Positions 25,030-37,989 of a DNA stretch of 64,000 nt are shown here, piece by piece. The notes under the pieces were generated by a model that was not told where the DNA came from, searched no databases, and was given only the letters and a program-made list of their open reading frames with translations. Position 1 is the stretch's first letter. Each line of letters starts with the position of its first letter. The translations under genes were made by a program, and so were the position numbers. The stretch lies in contig NC_068999.1 of the NCBI RefSeq assembly GCF_001194135.2, positions 36,162,805-36,226,804 of the forward strand, given 5' to 3'. Source of the stretch: Octopus bimaculoides. Lineage: Eukaryota.

Positions 25030-25470
25030 AGATTCGTTTCTTTCTTTCTTTTATCTTTTAACTCGTTTCAGTCATTAGACTGCGGCCATGATGGGACACG
25101 GCCTTGAAGTAGTTTTAGTCGAATGAATCGAACCCAGTACTTATATTTTAAAGCCTGCTATTCATTCTGTCAAAATCTTTTTTTCTGAACCGCAATGTCA
25201 CGGGGACATTAACAGACCAACACCGGTTGTCAAGCGGTGGTGAGGGACAAACAATTACACAAACACACACACACGCGCGCGCGCGCGCGCGCACATATAT
25301 ATGCATATATACGATGGGCTTCTTTCAGTTTCCGTCAGCCAAATCGACTCACAAGGCTTTGATCGGCCCGAGGCAAGAGGAGAAGACACTTTCCCAAGGC
25401 GCCACGCGGTGGGACTTAACCTGAAACCATGTGGTTGAGAAGCAAACTTCTTGCCACATGCAGTAAGGAC
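25030..25470 (-). mobile_element. SINE type E, full length, with internal (CA)(CG)(TA) microsatellite
   Basis: Collinear with 6236-6667 and 48595-49075. Confidence 0.88.
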
Positions 25471-25634
25471 TGTGAAAACTAAAAATACAATTCGATGCTG
25501 CAACGCAATCAAAATATATGCAAAAGAAAATTCATGTCATTCACTGTTAAAATTGTTGATTATAATCTCATGTATATTCAAAAAATAACAGAAGCGAACA
25601 AAGAGATTATTATATATAAGCATATATGATAGCA

Positions 25635-25799
25635 AGTTTGCATAATCATTAGCACGCTGGACAAACGTGCTTGGCGGCACTTCGTCCGTCTTTATGCTTT
25701 CAGTTCGAATTACCACGAGGTCAGCTTTGCTTTCCATCCTTTCGACTAAACCCCCTCCTTCAATATTTCAGACCTTGTGCCTATAGTAGAAAGGATTAT
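25635..25799 (+). mobile_element. SINE type D with tail 2, internally deleted
   Basis: D body followed by TTTCAGACCTTGTGCCTATAGTAGAAAGGATTAT. Confidence 0.75.
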
Positions 25800-26444
25800 A
25801 TATAAACATATACATATATACCTAGGTACACACGCGCGCACACGTACACACACACAAGGACACACATATATATGTATAAAAACGATATATAAAAAGAAGT
25901 ATATGTGTGTGTGTATACGTACATGTATGTATTTATGTATGCATTTCAACGCATAAGACTGAAATAATACTGATATAAAACAGTTTGAACATCACACTAA
26001 CATACAAAAAGGTTGAAAATTATAATACTAATTGGATATTATCTGTTAATTCATAATTAATTGTATCGTCGAGATGAGTTCTGATAAAAATTGAAACCAA
26101 GTATTGCATCGTGTTAGACAGTCGGAGACTACTCAGTCTATCGGGGATTTATTCGCTGCGTAATAATTTGTAAGCCAAAGGCGGGTTTTTTTTATTTTTC
26201 GTGAAAGTTTAGGTGTGAAAAACATGATTAGTATAAAATCTTCGAACATGTCTCAACGGTGAGACAGTCTATTCTAATTTATGTTTAATTTCTTCTTACC
26301 GACATATANNNNNNNNNNNNNNNNNNNNNNNNNNNNNNNNNNNNNNNNNNNNNNNNNNNNNNNNNNNNNNNNNNNNNNNNNNNNNNNNNNNNNNNNNNNN
26401 NNNNNNNNNNNNNNNNNNNNNNNNNNNNNNNNNNNNNNNNNNNN

Positions 26445-26482
<38 letters not shown>

Positions 26483-26539
26483 TGGTTGCTGTCAAGTACC
26501 TATTACGCCAAAAGTACAGATGTAATACTTCTGAGACAT

Positions 26540-26760
26540 GGATTCCCCCGATGACAATGGCACACAAAGATAAGGAAACATTCCAAATCCTAGATACCGA
26601 CAGCACTCCAAGGAAGAACGCGTTCATGCAAGGGACCGGAGAATCACATATTCCTTCTGCAATATACTGTTCATAGCCTCACAAGCGAAAATACTATGGA
26701 AGTGACAGTGTTTCATTGCTGTAGATGCGCATGGCACCCGACTTCTGCAATGACACTTCC
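26540..26760 (+). pseudogene. Possible highly decayed LINE reverse-transcriptase fragment
   Basis: With two frameshifts reads NAFMQG..NHIFLLQYTVHSL...FIAVDA, loosely like the RT subdomain 2-3 pattern (Q.AF..GR...NI..L..I.H....I.LD); weak. Confidence 0.25.
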
Positions 26761-28253
26761 ACGATTTGTACTTCTAAGATATAATATCAGTTGTGCTTCA
26801 CACAAACTATATTTACACATGAATTTTATTGTGACAAACATTTACATAACGCGAGTACCACTTGTAAATGATTGAAACTGTGAAACAAACAAGTAGAAGA
26901 AAATAAAGAAAAGCAAACCAGGAACAGCAGGTACGACAAACACCGAAAGACGGGAAAAGCAGAGACGACGAACATCGAAATTTTTCAAGTACCAGTGTCG
27001 TCCTCTTTCGTGTATTTACATACTCATATATAAGCCATACATATACATACGCTATCAGATGGCCTTGTACTCTTTTGAGTTCGTCCGCCATTTGACAGAT
27101 TTTGCTTCACCTACAAGGCACTCAAACTTCACTCTTCTTACCAAAGAAGCTTTATGGAGTTGCCTGTTTTGTCGCCGATGGTCCAACCATTCCTAGGATT
27201 ATTGACTTACGTGGTTACGAGTAACAAGTCTATATAAATACGTATGAATTTGTGAGCGAGTGTAAGAGTATGCATCCACAAGCAGGCATTGATATAGATC
27301 TATACATCATTTTTGCTGTTTATTTTTTTCCACACAAAGATGTGAGGATACTTACAATATTTTTACATAGGTCCAAATTGTAGTGTTGTTTGCGTTTATT
27401 GATCTGAATTTGTTATTACATATGTATAAAGGCTTGAGAATATGTCAGTGTATGTTTCTTTGCATGGAAGTACATGTTTATGATCCATAGATTAAACTCT
27501 AAGCCCAGATCACGAATTTTTATCTACCTTCGTGCTTATGTTAATATTTTACAAATGACAGAGATATAAAAATCTAACTACCCACCTAAGGCCCTCTAAC
27601 TTCCAAAAGCAGGAATATTTCAGGCATCTATAAAGCCTCTGGATAAGAGCGAAAGGAATTACACAGGACTCAAGGCAAGCATTTTCAAAAGCCGTTACTG
27701 CCAGCACATAAACGCAGTTAGATGAAAGAAAAACGAAAATTATATATATCTGCCTCAATTATTCCGGAAAATCATGGAACCTAAATCACTCTGATAACAT
27801 GAGTTATTGTTGGTAAATAAAATTCATATTCTAATGAAGATATTTCAAGCATTATCTGAGAAATACTGGATATTAAATGAGGGTTAATACTTAAGTGGAG
27901 AACAGAGATACTGTCTAATTAACGTCATAGGAAGTAGTTCCTCTTGAGTAACATTCAGATCCTTGAATGTCTAAAGTCTACAAACCCAAACCTATAGAGT
28001 TCAGATCTGACCAGCAATGCGAAGCAGTTCCCATTTACCGAGCCTATACCTAAACTGGATATACGTTCATCGGGATATACGTTCATCCAGCTTACTTTTA
28101 ACCCGCAATGTATTTGATCAAGTAAACCACCTGTACCAACGGCAATTCATATCCTTACTGAGTTGCAAACACAGCTTTGTGCTTCATATTTTGTTTGACC
28201 GGTGACAAATATTACGCACGTTCATATGAAATTACAAGTAACTATGTATATAT

Positions 28254-28633
28254 TGTTGGCACTTCGTCGCTTACAACGACGACGGTTCCAGTTGATACGA
28301 TCAACGGAACAGCCTGCTCGTGAAGTTAACGTGCAAGTGGCTGAGTACTCCACAGACACGTGTGCCCTTAACGTAGTTCTCGGGGATATTCAGCGTGATA
28401 CAGTGTGACAAGGTTGACCCATTGAATTACAGGCACAACAGAAACAGGATGTAAGAGCAAGAGAAAGTTGCGGTGAAAGAGTACAGCAGGGTTCGCCACC
28501 ATCCCCTGCCGGAGCCTCGTGGAGCTTTAGGTGTTTTCGCTCAATAAACACTCACAACGCCCGGTCTGGGAATCGAAACCGCGATCCTATGACCGCGTGT
28601 CCGCTGCCCTAACCACTGGACCATTGCGCCTCC
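28254..28633 (-). mobile_element. SINE type A, full length
   Basis: Reverse complement of 132-516; TSD ACTATGTATATAT at 28241-28253 and 28634-28646. Confidence 0.92.
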
Positions 28634-29682
28634 ACTATGTATATATACACATATACATACATGCACTCACACACGCACACACACACACACACATACACAA
28701 ACAAACACATATACACACACATACGTACATATATATATATATGTATATANNNNNNNNNNNNNNNNNNNNNNNNNNNNNNNNNNNNNNNNNNNNNNNNNNN
28801 NNNNNNNNNNNNNNNNNNNNNNNNNNNNNNNNNNNNNNNNNNNNNNNNNNNNNNNNNNNNNNNNNNNNNNNNNNNNNNNNNNNNNNNNNNNNNNNNTATA
28901 TATACATAATTATACAGTTTTCTAAAGCACTACGAAATCTAGAAAATTATGTGCACTTAAGTTTAATAGAGAAAATAACTAAAATTATAGAGCCATTGAT
29001 TCTCTTGAGCCCAGTCTCACTCTCTCTCTCTCTCTCTCTCTCACTCCCTCTCTCTCTTTCTCTTTCTCTTTCTCTTTCTCTTTCTCTCGCTCCCTCTCTC
29101 TCTCTCTCTTATACGTTTATGTGTGTCTATTTGCGCGTATAAAAATGTATGTAATTACATACAAGTACACAGGCACATATATAAACATTCACGCACACAT
29201 AGGTAACTGAAGATGTGTGCAAATACACAAGTGTGGGCATTGCACGTTATGCATTCAATGCACAGAGATAAGTATGCATTTGTGTATTTTCGTTTGTGAA
29301 TATATAATTATGCCGGAGTGTATGTAAATGGGACACTGTCAATTAGTACAAATATGTAAACACAGCCTTAGAGTGCATCAGTTGTAATACTAATGTTTGT
29401 TTTCACCTTCTATCTTATTCTCTTGGTTATTTGCTTTTTTTTTTTTTTGCATTTTTAGTTTTTTTTTCTGTCTTTTAAACATTGTTTCAAATGAGTTGTA
29501 ATTGTGACAGAAGCTCGGAGTAAAAATCGATATAAATATACACACTTGTCCACCGATAAATACATTGATACACACGCGCACACACACTCACACACAAACA
29601 CACGCACACACACACACACACACACACACTCACGCACACACATGGACATACACATATTGATATATATACGAACGCGCATGTA

Positions 29683-29726
<44 letters not shown>

Positions 29727-30898
29727 AATATGAGTATGTGTATTCGTGTGTATAGATAGATAGATAGATAGAGAGATAGATAGATAGATAAATGGATGCA
29801 TATTTATATGCATAAATNNNNNNNNNNNNNNNNNNNNNNNNNNNNNNNNNNNNNNNNNNNNNNNNNNNNNNNNNNNNNNNNNNNNNNNNNNNNNNNNNNN
29901 NNNNNNNNNNNNNNNNNNNNNNNNNNNNNNNNNNNNNNNNNNNNNNNNNNNNNNNNNNNNNNNNNNNNNNNNNNNNNNNNNNNNNNNNNNNNNNNNNNNN
30001 NNNNNNNNNNNNNNNNNNNNNNNNNNNNNNNNNNNNNNNNNNNNNNNNNNNNNNNNNNNNNNNNNNNNNNNNNNNNNNNNNNNNNNNNNNNNNNNNNNNN
30101 NNNNNNNNNNNNNNNNNNNNNNNNNNNNNNNNNNNNNNNNNNNNNNNNNNNNNNNNNNNNNNNNNNNNNNNNNNNNNNNNNNNNNNNNNNNNNNNNNNNN
30201 NNNNNNNNNNNNNNNNNNNNNNNNNNNNNNNNNNNNNNNNNNNNNNNNNNNNNNNNNNNNNNNNNNNNNNNNNNNNNNNNNNNNNNNNNNNNNNNNNNNN
30301 NNNNNNNNNNNNNNNNNNNNNNNNNNNNNNNNNNNNNNNNNNNNNNNNNNNNNNNTATATATCATATCATATCATATGTGCAATATACAGAGATGTATGA
30401 TATAAAGAGAGAGAGAGGAAGACAAGGCGGAAGAGGCAGAGATAATAGAATAATAGTATAGTGTTGAGAAGTGCTAGGATTTTGGAATGTCACACCGAGA
30501 TGGAGAGAGAGAGATAGAGAGAGGAAGAGAAACAGAGAGCATGTTTGAGAGAGAGAGAGAAGGTATGGAGAAAGGGGGAGCACAAAGAGAATTTTTTGTG
30601 AACGTGTGTGGATGTGTGAATTTCTGTGTTTTTGTGTGTGTGGATGTTATGTACGTTTTACAGTGAACAGAATATGAAAATCGTGGTGATATAGAGAAAA
30701 GAAGAGATTGAGAGAGAGAGAGAGAGAGAAAGAAAGCGAAACGGACAAAGAGAGAGGAAAAAGAGAGAGGAAGAAAAGGAGAGAGAGATACAGACAGAGA
30801 GACACACGGAAAGAGCAGAAATGTGTGCATTTTTAGCGTATGTCTGCATATGTTTATTTATATGAGTGTATTTAGGGTTATTGCATGTGTATTTGGGA

Positions 30899-30939
<41 letters not shown>

Positions 30940-31994
30940 TGTATGCTTTTTTAGTGTGTGTCTGTTAGTTTAATATATGTATGCCTGTGTGTTTCTCTCA
31001 TTTCGCGCGTGCGTCTGTCTGTATGTGTGTGTGTGTNNNNNNNNNNGTGCGTGCGTGCGTGTGCGTGTGTGCGCGTGTGCGTGTGTGTGTGTGTATGTGT
31101 GCGTGCCTATGTGCTTATGCTTGCGTGCGCGTGTGTGTGCTTGTGTGTATGTGTGAATGCGTGCGTGCGTGCATGCGCGTGTGTGTGTGTGCGTGTGTGT
31201 GTGGATGGGTGGGTGTGATGTATGTGGGAGTGTAATGATGGATGTCATCATTTTCAATTTTCTCGTTTTCTGTTTCTACAATTTGTTGGGAGGTCCATAA
31301 TGCAAAAGATGTTCTAATGAAGATAAAGATAGGAAGAGAAATAATATGACAGACAGCAAACGCGGAGAACCTCGAAGGAATGCAAATTGATTCGGGCGAT
31401 CGCGTTACGTTAATGTCTTTCTCAACTGCATTAGCTCTACCAGCGTCAGGGAATAAACTTCAGTCAGAAATCGAAACAAGGTTTCTGATATAACGAATGC
31501 TACCCATGACACAAGCAGGTCTGCAGATAATCAAGATGGTTATTTTTTAAATTGGTTCATGGCATAACTGCTGTAATGATTAAAACAATAAATATTTATC
31601 AGTCTTTGAACTAAGGCTGCTGTTTCCAATTAGCTTTGCCATGTACATATCCCAACACAAACTGGACTATTGAAATTTGATGGAAGACACGTGGGAAGGA
31701 GAGTCGCTGATGAGGTCACAGAAAATGCGAGAAAGTATCTCAAACAAATCACACTAACATAAGAATAATAATAACGCTGAAGTGAAGAACAAGCACATGT
31801 TACGTGTAGTTTATTGGCACAAAATATGACCATCTCCAGATATAACAATATCTATTTCAATACACAAATTCACATCAAGAATCTCACAAAACAAATACAT
31901 AAACAGAATTTCATTGATTTACTGGAGCCAGAAATTAACAAGTTCAGCTCAATTTGATCTCAGAATACGTAGAGATATTATGAGATTAATACCA

Positions 31995-32245
31995 ATTGAT
32001 TCTTCACTTACTTCCAAGCTGTACATTTTCGACTCAGTCTTTTACTTCTCTCGGTCATTAACCTGCAGCTATGTTGGGTTATCGCATTGAAAAGTTTAGT
32101 CGATCGAGTCGTTCCTGTATTTATTAGCTTTTAAACTCTGGTGTCATTTTACCAGTCTCTTTTACAGAACCACTAACTTACAGCGACGTAAACAAACTAT
32201 GGAGAGGTTTCAAGAGGTGGATTAAAAACAAACACAAAGAGAAGG
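31995..32245 (-). mobile_element. SINE type E, 3' half, diverged
   Basis: GTCATTAACCTGCAGCTATG...TTTAGTCGA...CAGAACCACTAACTTACAGCGACGTAAAC. Confidence 0.65.
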
Positions 32246-32294
32246 ACACCCGCGCGCACAGTCATGCACATACGCGTACACATACATACATACA

Positions 32295-32340
<46 letters not shown>

Positions 32341-32568
32341 NNNNNNNNNNNNNNNNNNNNNNNNNNNNNNNNNNNNNNNNNNNNNNNNNNNNNNNNNNNN
32401 NNNNNNNNNNNNNNNNNNNNNNNNNNNNNNNNNNNNNNNNNNNNNNNNNNNNNNNNNNNNNNNNNNNNNNNNNNNNNNNNNNNNNNNNNNNNNNNNNNNN
32501 NNNNNNNNNNNNNNNNNNNNNNNNNNNNNNNNNNNNNNNNNNNNNNNNNNNNNNNNNNNNNNNNNNNN

Positions 32569-32985
32569 CGAGCTACAGAATATTAAACTGAACTATGATA
32601 TAACCAGCATTGCTTGTGTTATTGTCTCTACATCACCTTTCATCGATAGGCTGTCTCCTGAGTTAATTACACATCGCTTCTGGCCCTTACAAGCAATCGT
32701 ACCAGCTCTGCGTTCTTAACCTCACATCCATGTTCGCGCCTATATAACAATAATATTAATTTCTTTGTCACATGATAAAAATGCAATGCATATGAATATT
32801 CATTGGGCCATGAAGACTGAGGGAAGAAGCTTTCATAAGAACGCAGAGCTGGTACGATTGCTTGTAAGGGCCAGAAGCGATGTGTAATTAACTCAGGAGA
32901 CACACTATCGATGAAAGGTGATGTAGAGACAATAACACAAGCATTGCTGGTTATATCACAGCTCAGTTTAATATTCTGTAGCTCG
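32569..32985. repeat. Long inverted repeat: 150-bp arms (32569-32718 / 32836-32985) with a 117-bp spacer
   Basis: Arms are reverse complements with only about 5-6 substitutions by eye; the left arm starts at a gap edge. Confidence 0.9.
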
Positions 32986-34349
32986 GTTTTAATGTGTGTA
33001 TATATGTATATATATAAGCGATACGTATGCTGCTTAAGTCTGATTTTGAACGTATTTTCCGTGAGCCGAACTAGTTCCCTACGATGTCTTCTATAGGTAT
33101 TATTTTCCCCCCTATTATGATGTTTACACACCTTACTCCACATACACAATATTTGCATAGTAACTTATAAGCCAACGGGGAATCATCTAGAGACTGTTGT
33201 TCGACATGCTAGCATGTTCCCCAAATCTTCAAATCACAACATTCCGTAATAATATATGAGGAACACATTGGATAATATACTACACTATTTCTGAGAGCTA
33301 AAACGGAATGCTCATGGCTTCAACGCAGACACATACCCCCACCCCCACACNNNNNNNNNNCATAAACACACACAATTACATGTGCATAATCACACAACGC
33401 ACACACACGCACGTAAATACTTATATTTATATATATGTATGATTGGCGCATATACGTTGACATAGCGAATTAAATAGCTACTTGGTGTTTATAACAATGG
33501 AGAGGTTAGAGCTAAATTTAATTCATCCATACCTTAAGGTGAATTATGATTATTAATTAGGTTAACAGTTATTTCCCACCGCATTGTGAGAAAGTGCATC
33601 TATATACATGTAAGCATCATGAGAGTATTTCAGAAATTCTATTAATGATCTCATTAGTCCACAGAATAGATAGGAATTCCTCGGAGCAGATTAGGCATCT
33701 CCTACAAATGATATTATATGGTTTTCGTGCCTTACTATGGACCAAGTTATGTTATACTTTATTTTATCTTCTTTAAGTCACCACATCGGCCAAAGATGTT
33801 GAATGTCTCTCGTTAACTTTCTTCAAGCTGGCAACAAGGTTGCGATGACGATTCTTGAATGCCGTTGACCAAATGTAAATATAGGGCCTTCTCCTTGTGT
33901 CTACAGTACATTTATATACAAGATTTGTACTCATACATAGATTCATCAATGGACATTTTGATCTTTCTCTGCGGAGCATTTATTATATCTAGTCGTGTGT
34001 AGGGCAGTTCTGACTTCATTTTCGGACTTTGTTAACGTGTTAGCTATATTACTATTATTGCTACTATCAGGATGTGGCCGTATCGGGTGTTTTTCATTAA
34101 GGTTTACATCCCCTTTCTTGGTATTTTTTCTATTCCTGCCATTTTAAATCAATTTAATCAATCTTGCTTTCTGATGTGCAAATAAATAGAGTATTCATAG
34201 AGTATTTCCTGTTAAATTACCTTCCATCTCGTGTATTGTATTTGGGTAAAACATCTTACAACTAATACTCTTATATTAGTTTTACATATATTTATATATA
34301 ATACATACAGAAAGATGGGAAGACAGAGACAGACAGACGGACAGACATG

Positions 34350-34395
<46 letters not shown>

Positions 34396-34988
34396 TCGAA
34401 CCTGCTACAAATTTTGTTAACGGAGCCAATTAACAGTCATTTTTCCTTCACTCAACGTTTCTATACAAATTTACCTGTCCGATAGAATTATTTAAGTATA
34501 TTTTATTATTATTTTATTCCAACGTCAGTGACCTCATAATTCCTCCAGGCTTTGAATAAGATCGTTCTGAATCTCTCATGTCAAACCATTCTCTTCTGCT
34601 TAACACAATCTACAGATGGATTCAAACCTTTTTCTATTCCTGCCATTTTAAGTGAACTTAATCTATGTTGCTTTCTGATGTGCAGATAAATAGAGTATTC
34701 ATTAAATATTTCTAGTCAAACTACATTCTATTTCGTGTATTCTACTCGGGCGAAACTTTTAACAACTTTTACTCTTTCACTAGTTTTACTGATTGTACTG
34801 CAGTTAAACTGGGGCCATGCTAGAGCAAGGATCTTCAATGATTTTAGTCGATATTATCGATCCAAGTATTAAGTCTATGGATCGCTGTTTATAGAATCGG
34901 CAAGTTACATTTCTAATGGGAAGGGACGCAACTCCTCTATCGGTAAGAATAAACGCATAAACGCAGGCACGAACTCGGGCATAAATAC

Positions 34989-35111
<123 letters not shown>

Positions 35112-35118
35112 CGCGGGT

Positions 35119-35409
35119 GACGCCTGGAAAATACGACGACAAGTTTGTCCTTTCGCGCAAAGATGTACCAACAGTGGTGTCACCTTCTAAGTGTAGAACA
35201 GGATTGCAAGGGCACAAAGAGAACTCGAAATACGCATGTCCAGAGCTATCTCCTTGCCATCGATCCCAACAGACCAATAGTGTCTGAGCTGCGGCAGAGC
35301 CTTCCGAGCACGCATCGGACTGATTGGAGACAGTTGGACACACCATGCCCCGTCTTGTTTGATGTGATGTCCTTGGTCATCATCCACAACGACGGAAGAA
35401 CTAATAATA
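35119..35409 (+). mobile_element. 5'-truncated RTE-clade LINE 3' end
   Basis: One frame with stops reads DAWK...NRIARAQRELEIRMSRA.SLPSIPTDQ*CLSCGRAFRARIGLIGDSWTH (C..C at 35281), matching the RTE C-terminal CxxCGRxFRARIGLxSHxRTH motif; short 3' UTR ending CGACGGAAGAACTAATAA. Confidence 0.85.
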
Positions 35410-36249
35410 GTTAAACCTCTGATGAGAACCCAATAAGGTTCCAAAATCGATTAAGGTTGTTTGTCATTTTCTTCAGTCTGCGGAGAACTGGCTAAAATTT
35501 GCCCTATTTATAATTGTACCATATGTTGCATATAAATAATGTATATATATCCCCATTTAAACGTGCATTTTCTGTTACAAAAAACTATACTGCAGTAGAT
35601 ACTATGAGAGAAACTTGCATATTGGCTTTGTGGGGAAAATGCACTCTCGTTTATTTCGAAGTGTAGTCTCTTCTAACAGAACATCCCACATTTAAGTGGT
35701 AATAAATATTACGTCTCAGTATTAATACTCTCTCTGTCGCTAATATATATATAAGTATATATATATATGTATATATATATATATCCATTAACATATACAT
35801 ACATACATACATATACACGTGCGTGTGTGTGTGTGTTCGTATTTTGTATGCACACACACACACATGTATATATTTATGTAAATATAGAGGGAGGGAATGA
35901 AAGAGAATACGAAGAAAAAGGAGGAAAGAGAGAAAAGGTCATTCACTATTAAGATTACTCCATGTAGAATTTTACATGGTTTAAAAGAAGCTAAATTTTA
36001 TTACATAGAAAGATGACGTTGAGAGGGGAACGAGACGCCAAGATAGTAGAAACATATGCATACTTTGAATGTGCCAATGTAAAACATAAAGAATATATTA
36101 TGAAATGCATTCTTCTAATGTAAAAGACTTCATTCCGTTGTGATTTTGGAAATAAACAACTTGTAGCATAAAATTGATTTTGAAACAGAAACACACGCAA
36201 CCAAATACATTCAAACATATATACATGCATACATACATAACTGTCCAGT

Positions 36250-36307
<58 letters not shown>

Positions 36308-36618
36308 NNNNNNNNNNNNNNNNNNNNNNNNNNNNNNNNNNNNNNNNNNNNNNNNNNNNNNNNNNNNNNNNNNNNNNNNNNNNNNNNNNNNNNNNNNNNN
36401 NNNNNNNNNNNNNNNNNNNNNNNNNNNNNNNNNNNNNNNNNNNNNNNNNNNNNNNNNNNNNNNNNNNNNNNNNNNNNNNNNNNNNNNNNNNNNNNNNNNN
36501 NNNNNNNNNNNNNNNNNNNNNNNNNNNNNNNNNNNNNNNNNNNNNNNNNNNNNNNNNNNNNNNNNNNNNNNNNNNNNNNNNNNNNNNNNNNNNNNNNNNN
36601 NNNNNNNNNNNNNNNNNN

Positions 36619-36654
<36 letters not shown>

Positions 36655-37521
36655 CATTACTTATAAAAGAAAATCAATGTATGGCCTCGCTCGTACTAGA
36701 CCATAAATTAAAGTATGTGAGATTAAACATGGAATGATATTGACTGAGAAAAAACGTTTTACTTAATCGTCCGATGTCTGTTCTAGTCGGGCAAAGAAGC
36801 CGAAAATTAGGATTGTCTCTAAAATTATCTCAATTTTCTTATAGGTTAATTCGCAGTTCAGAAGGCCTTAGCGTCTCAGTTCGGTCCTCAAGTTTCAATC
36901 CTTGAATAATTTTGAAAGCATCAGAATTTATTTTATGCAATATAGATTTAGGAGTAATCTTAGAGATTTTATAAGTTCGCTAAGTATGAGTTTTATGTTC
37001 GTAGCCTAATCCATCCTATATAGGTTTCCAGTCTTATCGGCTGGGACTAGAATCCCAGATTTGCGTCGGAATTTAATAATAAACGAATTAATTGTACGCA
37101 GGTGTGTATTATTCCGTAACTTTAAATTCTCCATTAAGCTAAATATATCTCCACTGAAGTCATCTAACAAAGTGATTGGAGGTGGACATATTCTGCTTCT
37201 AAATATTCGTTTAAGCTAGTTTTCATCATATTTGTCCGAGCGTGTACTCCGCTGTTTTGTATTATGATGGTAGGCTTTCTATCTCAACCGTCTAATGAAT
37301 TCGTTTGTTCTGTGCATTAACAGCACATACACAGATCTTTACGGAGAATAATTTCCTTTCACTAAGTTTATCCATTGTGTAAAATTACCAAAATACTGGA
37401 AGCGTCGGAGAAGAAAATGCATTCCCTATTAATATTATTGATTATTTGTAGCATTCATTTGAATCAAGGTGTTTTAATATTCAGGACATCAAGTGAGGGT
37501 CGAGATCCTATATACACACAT

Positions 37522-37593
<72 letters not shown>

Positions 37594-37630
37594 TAAATAT
37601 AAACAAACCAAGCTAACATTTGTTTTTAAA

Positions 37631-37687
37631 GCCGTAGGACTCGAACCCACATCCCTTGAAGTGCCTTACCATTAAGCTAAACTGCCC
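37631..37687 (-). other. tRNA-derived fragment lacking most of the anticodon arm (pseudo-tRNA or SINE head)
   Basis: Minus strand GGGCAGTTTAGCTTAATGGTAAGGCACTTCAAGGGATGTGGGTTCGAGTCCTACGGC, with A box TAGCTTAATGG and B box GGTTCGAGTCC; only 57 nt, so not a functional tRNA. Confidence 0.65.
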
Positions 37688-37804
37688 GTTGACAAATTAA
37701 TCCGCAATTTTAGACGCTATAAAGCTAAATGCACAACTACGTATATATAAATACAAACAAATTAACATTTGTTTTTCAGAAGCGTCGAAATGTGTTTCGC
37801 TGTT

Positions 37805-37938
37805 TCTTATCTTATCGACCTCGAAAAGAAGAAAGGCAAAGTCGACCTCGATGGAATTTGAACTCAGAACGTAAAGACAGGCGAAATGCAGTCAAGTATT
37901 TAGCCCGGCGTGATAACGATTCTGCCAGCTTGCTGCCT
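37805..37938 (-). mobile_element. SINE type D, 5' part
   Basis: GGCAAAGTCGACCTCG.TGGAATTTGAACTCAGAACGTAAAGAC...GATTCTGCCAGCT. Confidence 0.85.
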
Positions 37939-37989
37939 TAATAATAATAATAACAATAATAACAGCAACAAGAATAATAATGATGCAAC

